From contig NZ_MJEH01000002.1 of NCBI RefSeq assembly GCF_001742425.1, positions 59,793-83,792 of the forward strand: a stretch of DNA of 24,000 bases, given 5' to 3'. Shown here piece after piece: positions 8,566-16,151 of the stretch. This DNA is from Bacillus solimangrovi (GTDB taxonomy: Bacteria; Bacillota; Bacilli; Bacillales; Bacillaceae_N). Positions within the stretch are counted from its first letter, which is position 1. Each line of letters begins with the position of its first letter. A program made the position numbers and the translations under genes. A model generated the notes under the pieces. That model saw only the letters and a list, made by a program, of their open reading frames with translations, was not told the DNA's origin and did not search any database.

Positions 8566-9437
8566 TGTGTCACACCCAACGACGAAATATAGTAGAGGTA
8601 TGCATCTTCTAATGAAGAAGGCAATGAGGTAGCATTATAATTAGGGCGTTTTTCTGATATAATTCGTGCATGCACTCCGTCACTTCGATGAATAGCGCTA
8701 CTAATCGCATATTGCTCTTGCATGTTTTGAAGCTCTGATGTTGGGATAACACAATTCCAAACTTTATTATCAACACTTTTAATAAGGTATTCTGGCGTAG
8801 TGTGAGTAACTAGTCTGCCTTTTGATAGAACTGCAATGTTAGGTGCAATTGATTCAATGTCTGTTACGATATGAGTAGAAAGAATAACTATCCTATCTGA
8901 TGACAAGGTAGAAAGTAAGTTTCGGAACCTAATCCTTTCCTGTGGATCTAATCCAACAGTAGGTTCATCTACAATTAGTAGTGATGGATCATTTAATAAA
9001 GCTTGAGCAATACCAACTCGCTGTTTCATTCCTCCTGAAAATCCTCCTAATAACCTCTTTCGATCATTGGCTAAATTCAATGCTTCTAATAGTTCATTGA
9101 TTCTTTTCTTAGAAGATTTAATCGACAACCCTTTTATAGCTGCCATGTACTCAAGAAATTCTATTGGATTCATATTTGGGTAAACACCAAAATCTTGAGG
9201 TAAATACCCTAATTCTTTTCGTAAATAATTAGGGTTTTGTGCAATATCAACCCCATTCCATAATATTGTGCCACTTGATGGTTTTTCAATTGTTGAAAGC
9301 ATGCGCATCAAAGTCGACTTTCCTGCCCCATTAGGTCCCAACAAACCTAATACACCGGGTTTTAAATCTAATGTCACATTCTGAAGAGCCTGTTTTTGAC
9401 CATAATTTTTTGAGACTTGCTGTATAGTAAGCTCCAT
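8562..9437 (-). CDS. ABC transporter ATP-binding protein
   Basis: Walker A GPNGAGKST, signature FSGGMKQR and Walker B LLIVDEP are present. GGAGG lies 7 nt upstream of ATG 9437. Confidence 0.92.
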   Translation of the reverse strand: MELTIQQVSKNYGQKQALQNVTLDLKPGVLGLLGPNGAGKSTLMRMLSTIEKPSSGTILWNGVDIAQNPNYLRKELGYLPQDFGVYPNMNPIEFLEYMAAIKGLSIKSSKKRINELLEALNLANDRKRLLGGFSGGMKQRVGIAQALLNDPSLLIVDEPTVGLDPQERIRFRNLLSTLSSDRIVILSTHIVTDIESIAPNIAVLSKGRLVTHTTPEYLIKSVDNKVWNCVIPTSELQNMQEQYAISSAIHRSDGVHARIISEKRPNYNATSLPSSLEDAYLYYISSLGVTQ

Positions 9438-10027
9438 ATAAATACCTCCAATGTAAATCTTTATAATTTTCTATCTTCTTGATGTAACTTTCATTGTTTG
9501 CTTACTATTATCATAAACAGCTAAAGTAAAATTAAGGTAAAATAAAAGCAAAATCGAAGTAAGATTATAAGCTTTTAACTTAATGGTCCATTAATAATGT
9601 TTCTTCTATATCAAATGTAGATCTTATTATTAAAAACAGATCATCTCAGCTATTTTGTAAAAAACATCTCATTATAAAAATTTATTGTTCATTATGTTCA
9701 ATCATTAAAAAGGGATTATTTGTGAAGAGTGATCGCGAGAAATTGTTACAGATTGATTATTTTAAGATCAAAATTAAAGAAGAATTTGCGAAGAACGAAC
9801 AAGTAACTATTAAAGAAACTAAGCTTTGGTGGTTACTATAGAACTGTTAATTATTTCGAAAATAATTCGATTTCTTTTCAAACATAAAAGTAGCACTACA
9901 GAATTAATCTAATCAGTAGTGCTACTTCACATTAATACATTACGTTCAGAAAGACGAGATGTTATTGGGAGTACTAGCAAGGAAATAGAATCAAATGTCG
10001 CTAACACATTTAAGTATTTTAACTTGT

Positions 10028-10059
10028 AAGATAAAACAACCACCTACTAAAACAGGTGG
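10028..10059 (-). terminator. Possible terminator downstream of the 10172-11783 ABC pair
   Basis: A 6-bp GC-rich stem ccacct (10040-10045) / aggtgg (10054-10059). It is followed on the minus strand by ttgttttatctt. Confidence 0.4.
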
Positions 10060-10129
10060 ATTTAGAAATATATATCATCGACTATTGTCTTTTCCTTCAC
10101 TAAACTGATTAACTTTTTCTATTACTATA

Positions 10130-10150
10130 TTGAAATATTTAATATTTCAA
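10130..10150. repeat. Perfect 21-bp AT-rich palindrome
   Basis: The sequence is ttgaaatatt-t-aatatttcaa, 22 nt downstream of the permease stop at 10172. Confidence 0.6.
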
Positions 10151-10171
10151 ACCACAAGAAATAATTTTATA

Positions 10172-10867
10172 TTAGCTTACATCCTCAACCTCTACTTTAC
10201 GTATTGCTATGTATGCTATGAAAATACCTAAAACTGCAAGAAAAGTTGGTATTAGGATTATTGAACCAACAGAAAAACTATTAGTATTAAAACCTAAAAC
10301 CGTTACGATAAGGATGGAGGAAATTATAGTGACTGGCACAGACTTTTTTTTCATACCAAAATATAACGGGATTAAGCTTAATCCGGCAGTAGCAACAGAA
10401 TTAGTAAGGATTTTAAGCAACTGTTGAATTATAATTAATACGCTTAGTTGTTCTGGTACAAATTTAAAAAAGTTATCCATTACAATAAAAGAAGCAGATA
10501 TAAATATACTAGAAAGGATAATGGTTGTTAAACTCCAACAAACCACAATTATTAATTTTGCTCCCAATAATGCTTTTCTGTTTACAGGGTATGAAAACAA
10601 AACTAAGATGGTTTTATTTTTATATTCCTCAATAATTAACTTTGCAATAAGTACTGATGCAAAAATTGTAAAAGTTGCACCAACAAGTAAATTCAAAATG
10701 TTAAAAGCTTCTGAATATTGTCCGAAAGCAATCACACCATTATCTTTTCTCTCTGCGAAAGGAATAAGAAACATGAAAAATAGTAAGATTAAATTAGCAA
10801 GAACAATCCACTTATTATATACACTAAATTTGAATTTGTTTCTTTCTAGTTTGATTAGTCTTAACAT
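10172..10867 (-). CDS. ABC-2 type small permease (6 TM), antimicrobial-peptide/lantibiotic-immunity-like
   Basis: AAGGAGAG lies 9 nt upstream of ATG 10867. The N-terminus MLRLIKLERNKFKF followed by 6 hydrophobic helices is typical of small ABC-2 immunity-type permeases. It is coupled by overlap to the upstream ATPase gene. Confidence 0.8.
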   Translation of the reverse strand: MLRLIKLERNKFKFSVYNKWIVLANLILLFFMFLIPFAERKDNGVIAFGQYSEAFNILNLLVGATFTIFASVLIAKLIIEEYKNKTILVLFSYPVNRKALLGAKLIIVVCWSLTTIILSSIFISASFIVMDNFFKFVPEQLSVLIIIQQLLKILTNSVATAGLSLIPLYFGMKKKSVPVTIISSILIVTVLGFNTNSFSVGSIILIPTFLAVLGIFIAYIAIRKVEVEDVS

Positions 10868-11783
10868 CTGTGCTCTCTCCTTTTATAAGGTTTAAATAAT
10901 AATTTTCTAATGATTCAGTTTTTTTGTGAATAGACTCAATCTCTATATCACTAATTATTAGTCTCTTTGCAATTTCTTTTTGTGGAACATGAGAGTCATA
11001 GATGTGAATAACTGATTTACCTATAAGTTTAAAGTTTGTAATGTGCAATTCATTTTCTAAGATTTCAGTTGTGTATGTTGAATCCTTTGTAACTATTTCA
11101 ATATAATCAGGTTTTTTTTCGCGTATAGTATCCAATCCAATTTCCTCAATTAATTTACCATTATGAAGAACACCAATCGTATCAGCAAGATGTTCTATTT
11201 CTCCTAAAATATGACTAGAAATTAAAATAGTTGTTCCATACGCCTTGCTCATCATTTTTAATATATTTCTTATTTCTCTAATACCCGAAGGATCTAATCC
11301 GTTAATAGGTTCATCCAAAATGAGAAGTTTAGGATTAGTAATTATAGATCTTGCAATACCCAGTCGTTGTTTCATACCTAATGAAAAGTTTTTTACAGCT
11401 TTATTACCCGTATTTCTCAAGTTAACAAGTTCTAATGTGTCATCAATTGCATCCATATCGTTAAAATTCATATACTTACAATGAATTTCTAAATTTTCTT
11501 TTGCAGTAAGTTCGTCATACAAAATAGGAGTTTCTATGATATTACCTACTTTTTCTAAATATTCATAAGATGAACTTGAAATAATATCACCGAAAATCTC
11601 TATCTCTCCACTTGTTGGTTTAATTAAATTTACAAGCATTTTCATAACCGTCGTTTTTCCTGAGCCATTTGGACCTAGTATTCCGTAAATCTCTCCATTT
11701 TTTATATTCAAATTAACATCTGACACAACCTCTATCCCGTTAAATGATTTAGTCAAGTGACTTGTTCGTATAGTGTAGAACAT
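10824..11783 (-). CDS. ABC transporter ATP-binding protein
   Basis: Walker A GPNGSGKTT, signature FSLGMKQR and Walker B LLILDEP are present. AAGGAG lies 8 nt upstream of ATG 11783. The 3' end overlaps the permease start by 44 nt. Confidence 0.92.
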   Translation of the reverse strand: MFYTIRTSHLTKSFNGIEVVSDVNLNIKNGEIYGILGPNGSGKTTVMKMLVNLIKPTSGEIEIFGDIISSSSYEYLEKVGNIIETPILYDELTAKENLEIHCKYMNFNDMDAIDDTLELVNLRNTGNKAVKNFSLGMKQRLGIARSIITNPKLLILDEPINGLDPSGIREIRNILKMMSKAYGTTILISSHILGEIEHLADTIGVLHNGKLIEEIGLDTIREKKPDYIEIVTKDSTYTTEILENELHITNFKLIGKSVIHIYDSHVPQKEIAKRLIISDIEIESIHKKTESLENYYLNLIKGESTDVKTNQTRKKQIQI

Positions 11784-11845
11784 AAAAATATCTCCTTTTT
11801 TTTAAAATTTAGAGTCTACAACTTTACCTTCTTACTCTAACGTTT

Positions 11846-12580
11846 TTACTTTCGTCGAGATATTGTAAGGTAACTACATAAAAAACCTATAAAACACCAT
11901 ACCGTCAAAGCTATCCATGTTACACCTTTTATATCAAAGTTTTCAGGAGATAAAGCTCCTCTCACTGCGTTGGCCATATGCTCTATCGGTAGTAACGCAT
12001 GGATTATTTCTAACCACTCTGGAAGACGTTCGGCTGGAAAATTAATAGGTGAAAAAAGTAATACACCGATCATAAGTACTTGAGAAAGCAGTTGTGCTAT
12101 AGAAGGAGGTAACAAAACTGATATTGCGTAACCTACACAAATGGAAGTTAATCCTACAAAAAGTAGTATAGCTATTGCAAATGGATTGAAGGAAACTAAA
12201 ATATCAAAACGCACAGAAGCTATAATTAGTGCAAGTATAATACCAGGTATCGTTATAATAATCCATACGATTGCGTCTACTAACAGATATAAGAGACGAG
12301 GCAATGGCCATGTGAGCATATACTCAAAAGTTCCTTTCGTTTTTGACTCAGCAATCCCCTGAGGTAATATAACAAAACCAATAGCAAGTAGAATTACTGT
12401 TGGAGCCCCAGTTGTTAGGTAAATTGAACTCGTGTTATCTAACTCTGGTATTAAAAATGAAAAGCCAAAAACAATGCCCACAGACAACAATGTTTGAACT
12501 ATGATAAACAAAGGAAACATTACCCGCATGCTCAATAATTTCCAACGTAATAATAGAAAAAAACCACTGTTAAACAACAT
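11846..12580 (-). CDS. ABC-2 family transporter permease (DrrB-like)
   Basis: I place the start at ATG 12580 (AGGAGG 9 nt upstream) rather than the ORF-track start at 12640. The protein has 6 TM helices. The start overlaps the ATPase stop by 11 nt. Confidence 0.8.
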   Translation of the reverse strand: MLFNSGFFLLLRWKLLSMRVMFPLFIIVQTLLSVGIVFGFSFLIPELDNTSSIYLTTGAPTVILLAIGFVILPQGIAESKTKGTFEYMLTWPLPRLLYLLVDAIVWIIITIPGIILALIIASVRFDILVSFNPFAIAILLFVGLTSICVGYAISVLLPPSIAQLLSQVLMIGVLLFSPINFPAERLPEWLEIIHALLPIEHMANAVRGALSPENFDIKGVTWIALTVWCFIGFLCSYLTISRRK

Positions 12581-13520
12581 TATCTGTAACCTCCTGATTC
12601 TCCATTTTCTCTTGAGGTTTGATCCATTTAAAATATGCATCTTCTAATGTTATTGGACTTAAAGTATATTCTTCTATTTCGTTTGTTAAACGAAGATGTT
12701 CTACCCACTGTACAGCTTCAGAAACAAATGCTTGCGGAATTGACAAAAATACCCTTGCACCTGAATGCATAGTAATATTAGCAAAATCAGGTATTGGAGG
12801 GATAGAGTGTTCGGGTTGAATAACTAATTGTAATCGAAGGTTTCCTTCAAGATCTCTTTTTAATTGGGATGGAGTACCCGAAGCAAGTACTTCTCCTTCA
12901 CTAATAATAGCTAAACGATCTATAAATTGCTCAGATTCTATTACATTATGTGTAACTATAAGAACGGCAACCCCATTCTCAGCAAGTAAACGAATTTGAT
13001 TCCACAATAAACGTCTTCGGACTGGATCTATATCATTAGTAGGTTCGTCAAGTATGACGAGTTTTCCAGGAACTACTACCGTCATACAAAAAATAACTAA
13101 ACGTTTAATCCCCCCTGACAAATTTGTGGCCATTTTATTAGCCCATGGCTCTATATTTAGTTCCTTTAAAAGATAATCTGTGCGTTGAGCTACCTTATGT
13201 CGATCACCTTTGCGCATTCGTCCAGCTAATTCAATAGCTTGCTTAGGTGTTAATCCCTCTATTGATACTTGTGATTGCGGTTGCATAGTACATAGTTTAC
13301 GTGCTTGTTGAGGATTAGAAACAATATCTACTCCATCTATTGTAATCGTACCTGAACTAGGCTTCATTGAACCAATTATTTGCGAAACAAGTGTAGTTTT
13401 TCCTGCACCATTAGGTCCTAATAAACCAAATATTTCTCCAGGATTAACGGATAAAGAAATCTGATCATTCGCTTTGACACCCTTTGAGTACTCTTTTACA
13501 ACATTATTTACTAACAGCAA
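12570..13520 (-). CDS. ABC transporter ATP-binding protein (DrrA-like)
   Basis: TTG 13520 has AGGAGG upstream. Walker A GPNGAGKTT, signature LSGGIKRL and Walker B LVILDEP are present. Confidence 0.9.
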   Translation of the reverse strand: MLLVNNVVKEYSKGVKANDQISLSVNPGEIFGLLGPNGAGKTTLVSQIIGSMKPSSGTITIDGVDIVSNPQQARKLCTMQPQSQVSIEGLTPKQAIELAGRMRKGDRHKVAQRTDYLLKELNIEPWANKMATNLSGGIKRLVIFCMTVVVPGKLVILDEPTNDIDPVRRRLLWNQIRLLAENGVAVLIVTHNVIESEQFIDRLAIISEGEVLASGTPSQLKRDLEGNLRLQLVIQPEHSIPPIPDFANITMHSGARVFLSIPQAFVSEAVQWVEHLRLTNEIEEYTLSPITLEDAYFKWIKPQEKMENQEVTDNVV

Positions 13521-13593
13521 AAAACCATCCTCCTTTTATTTGTTTTAATGAATCCCATAGAAAAAAAGCGATTTAATTTGTAAACACATAACA

Positions 13594-13637
13594 ATTATAC
13601 TAAATAGAATTTAAATACTAAAAAGAATTTATATTCT
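13594..13637. promoter_or_regulatory. Divergent promoter/operator region between the TetR gene and the ABC operon
   Basis: A consensus TATAAT lies on the minus strand (complement of 13594-13599), with a weak -35 TTTAGT 17 nt upstream. An 18-bp tandem direct repeat (13596-13613 tatactaaatagaattta; 13614-13631 aatactaaaaagaattta; 16/18 identical) overlaps it. The short inverted repeat AGAAT-TTAT-ATTCT lies at 13624-13637. Confidence 0.45.
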
Positions 13638-13687
13638 ATACAGTATGTTAACTAGATATGTTATTATTGTCAAGAGGAGGAAGAAAA

Positions 13688-14326
13688 ATGAGTAGAAAAC
13701 GCTTAACCCAGGAAGAACGAAAACAAGAAACACGGAAAATGTTATTGGAATCAGCAGCTGAAACTTTTGCTAAGCTTGGTTTTCATGGAGCTTCTGTAGA
13801 TAAAATCGCAGAGTTTGCTGGATTCACTAAAGGAGCAATATACGCACATTTTAAATCTAAAGAAGAGTTATTCCTTGCCTTATTAGAACAACAAATGCAA
13901 TCACATGTTAATACCATTCATCAAATAATGGATGAAGAACATTCATTAGAACATTTCATTAAAAAAATGGGGCATTATTTTGACATGGATAGAGAGCAAA
14001 ATCAAGCCTGGAGTTCACTTAATATGGAATTTCTTTTATATGCTATGAGAGATGAATCAGTACGCCAAAAATGGACAGACATGATCTTGGAATCCGTAGA
14101 ACAACTTTCAGATGTAATAACAAAAATGAAGTCGGATGAAGAGGGAGAATCTAATTTGTCACCTGAAGAACTAGCCTGGACCATTCTATCAATAGAAAAT
14201 GGGATGGCTATTTTTAATATTATTGCAGGAAACAATACCCCATCAAATTTATACGGAAAAGCACTACAAAATATTCTCCAGCCTTCCTCGTGTAAAGACA
14301 TTGATTCAAGCTCCAAAATAAAATAG
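13688..14326 (+). CDS. TetR/AcrR family transcriptional regulator
   Basis: ATG 13688 lies 7 nt after GAGGAGG (13674-13680). The N-terminal HTH (FHGASVDKIAEFAGFTKGAIYAHFKSKEELF) is a typical TetR signature. The gene is divergent from the ABC operon. Confidence 0.9.
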   Translation: MSRKRLTQEERKQETRKMLLESAAETFAKLGFHGASVDKIAEFAGFTKGAIYAHFKSKEELFLALLEQQMQSHVNTIHQIMDEEHSLEHFIKKMGHYFDMDREQNQAWSSLNMEFLLYAMRDESVRQKWTDMILESVEQLSDVITKMKSDEEGESNLSPEELAWTILSIENGMAIFNIIAGNNTPSNLYGKALQNILQPSSCKDIDSSSKIK

Positions 14327-14364
14327 TTCCAAACGATCAATATTTTTCTGTCTATTATATATTT

Positions 14365-14392
14365 AGGCTGTCGTACTAATTTTCGACAGCCT
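14365..14392 (+). terminator. Hairpin downstream of the TetR gene (possible terminator)
   Basis: A perfect 9-bp stem aggctgtcg (14365-14373) / cgacagcct (14384-14392). No clear T-tract follows. Confidence 0.35.
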
Positions 14393-14494
14393 GAAACGTA
14401 TCCCAAAAGTTATTAATAGTATGAAAAAAACAACATGAAAGGCAAACATCGTTTAAATTTCAAGCTGATTAATGTTCTTCCAAACAGATTAATG

Positions 14495-14530
14495 GTAAAA
14501 TAAAGAACCTAACCATGTTAAGGCTAGGTT
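14495..14530 (-). terminator. Probable terminator of the 14538-15023 gene
   Basis: A 9-bp stem with one mismatch: aacctaacc (14506-14514) / ggctaggtt (14522-14530). It is followed on the minus strand by ctttatttta. Confidence 0.5.
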
Positions 14531-14537
14531 AAATTAA

Positions 14538-15023
14538 TTATAATGAAAATTCTTTTTTTAAAATCTTCGCATAGATATTGCCGTTATTTAAAAATGTTGA
14601 TTCATCTAAGATTCTAGAGTTATCCCAATTCAATAATACTTGTGGGATTCTTAAATAAAACTCTAGACCATTCCAACCTATAGAATCAAAATTATGAATA
14701 CAGTAATCTATGAAATTAGCAATATCTTTTTCATTAAAGGTTATATTAATTAAATCATCCCTAAAACTATCTATGTACTCGCTTGAATGTGAAGTACCTG
14801 TCAGATTACCGGCAAAATATCCTCCACTTTGACTAAAAGATAAAAATTGAATATCATTTTTAAATACAGTTTTAGGTATTTCTAAAATAGCTTTAGCATT
14901 GTCCTTTGTTATTTCATATCTTCTTACTAATTCAATTAACATTTCAATATCCGAAAGATCAAAGTTTTCATTTAAAAATTTTTTATATAATTGATTAAAC
15001 ATTCTAGAAATTTCAATATCCAA
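14538..15023 (-). CDS. Hypothetical protein, 161 aa, no recognised motif
   Basis: TTG 15023 lies 7 nt after AGGAG (complement of 15031-15035). It is the only long ORF at this position and has its own terminator. I recognised no family. Confidence 0.6.
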   Translation of the reverse strand: MDIEISRMFNQLYKKFLNENFDLSDIEMLIELVRRYEITKDNAKAILEIPKTVFKNDIQFLSFSQSGGYFAGNLTGTSHSSEYIDSFRDDLINITFNEKDIANFIDYCIHNFDSIGWNGLEFYLRIPQVLLNWDNSRILDESTFLNNGNIYAKILKKEFSL

Positions 15024-15144
15024 ATTACCACTCCTAATATTTAGAATTATTTGTATTTTATCACAGATTAATTTTTTCGCAAATTCCCAATAAATCTACT
15101 ATGACTCATCAAAATTATGAATATCAAGTCCATTTTTAAACGTA

Positions 15145-15507
15145 ATGAAAAAATTAAAAGCTCAAGAACAAACAATTAATTCTAAAACTTGTTTTGGAGA
15201 TATATTAGAAGAGGCGTTGAAGAAAGCATATGCGGACATCCGAACTTGGTGTGAATTAATTGTGGAAGAGGGTTTCTTTAATAATGTTATACGGAGATAT
15301 GAGCCAAATATTATGTTTACAAAAGTTAAGGATATTAAGGGTGACTTTGTTAATGAACTTGCTTCAGTAACTGATTTATTTGAAAAATCTTGTCGTTGGA
15401 TGACTGGACACAGTCAGCATACCGAGACTCAGCATATTCGGGCAACTAAAGAGTCTTTTAATGACGATATAAAATATATTCATAGACTTTACGAGCAATA
15501 CAAGTAA
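15145..15507 (+). CDS. Hypothetical protein, 120 aa; possibly a 3' gene remnant
   Basis: A clean ORF, but ATG 15145 has no Shine-Dalgarno and an in-frame stop lies at 15118. It is co-directional with the next three genes. Confidence 0.4.
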   Translation: MKKLKAQEQTINSKTCFGDILEEALKKAYADIRTWCELIVEEGFFNNVIRRYEPNIMFTKVKDIKGDFVNELASVTDLFEKSCRWMTGHSQHTETQHIRATKESFNDDIKYIHRLYEQYK

Positions 15508-15557
15508 AAGACTAAGTTGTTGTATTAATAAACGAGTGAAAAGCAAGAGGTGAATTT

Positions 15558-16106
15558 ATGGGGTTAAATATAAGAAACTTAAAAAAAGGATTGGAAATAA
15601 AAATTAACAAATGTATTGCTCTTTTAGGAGAAGAATACGCATCTTTAAATTACACTATATACTTTTATGAAAACCGAGAAAAACTCCTTAAAGAACAAAA
15701 AAATAAGCCTGATATGAAGGCGGAGCAATATACACAGATATTCAATGGTGAAACTGAGACTGCGGGTGTAACTATTGGAGAAATGGGGAGAATAAAAATT
15801 TTCCTATTTCTTTTCGGGGATATAAAAAGAGACCCTAATGAAATCATTAGTTTAATCGGTAATTTATATCATGAGATTCGCCATGCTTGGCAAAATGAAA
15901 ACAAGTTGTTCCAAAATGAAGAAGAAATATCTACAATTGATGGAAATCTCGATTCATATCTTAAACTGCCATCTGAAAAGGATGCATATCGATTCCAGGA
16001 AGAACAAATGCAAAAACATGGAGAAAAAATATTAGAGATTTTTGGTTTTAATTTAAAGTTTACATATCAGTTAAAGCCTGAAATAAGAAAGGTTATATAT
16101 CCATAA
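15558..16106 (+). CDS. Hypothetical protein with HExxH zinc-metallopeptidase-like motif
   Basis: GAGGTGA (15547-15553) lies upstream of ATG 15558. The motif is LYHEIRHAWQ, with downstream acidic residues (SEKDAYRFQEEQ) that could supply a third ligand. Confidence 0.65.
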   Translation: MGLNIRNLKKGLEIKINKCIALLGEEYASLNYTIYFYENREKLLKEQKNKPDMKAEQYTQIFNGETETAGVTIGEMGRIKIFLFLFGDIKRDPNEIISLIGNLYHEIRHAWQNENKLFQNEEEISTIDGNLDSYLKLPSEKDAYRFQEEQMQKHGEKILEIFGFNLKFTYQLKPEIRKVIYP

Positions 16107-16151
16107 AATCAATTTTGAGTAACGGTATCATAATAAATAAAATCATAGTAA

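Noticed and set aside
12581-12640. A 20-codon upstream extension of the ABC-2 permease ORF
   Set aside because: ATG 12580 has a perfect AGGAGG 9 nt upstream. The extension would overlap the ATPase gene by 71 nt and encodes a basic, non-membrane peptide.
10209-12819. ORFs at 10209-10427(+), 10521-10895(+), 11245-11484(+), 12141-12362(+) and 12619-12819(+)
   Set aside because: They are antisense to ABC ATPase and permease genes that carry Walker and signature motifs. None has an RBS.
13658-13687. An upstream extension of the TetR ORF (MLLLSRGGRK)
   Set aside because: The extension contains the GAGGAGG ribosome-binding site that serves ATG 13688.
14002-14406. A 134-aa ORF antisense to the TetR gene
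   Set aside because: It overlaps the well-supported TetR CDS and runs through that gene's terminator hairpin. It has no RBS.
14495-14509. GTAAAATAAAGAACC near the left island border as a surrogate IS66-like inverted repeat that could have mobilised the whole island
   Set aside because: It matches the IS66 ends only with gaps (GTAAA..AAG.AACC). It lies 5 nt away from the 12-nt direct repeat, and the implied 8-bp flanks do not match.
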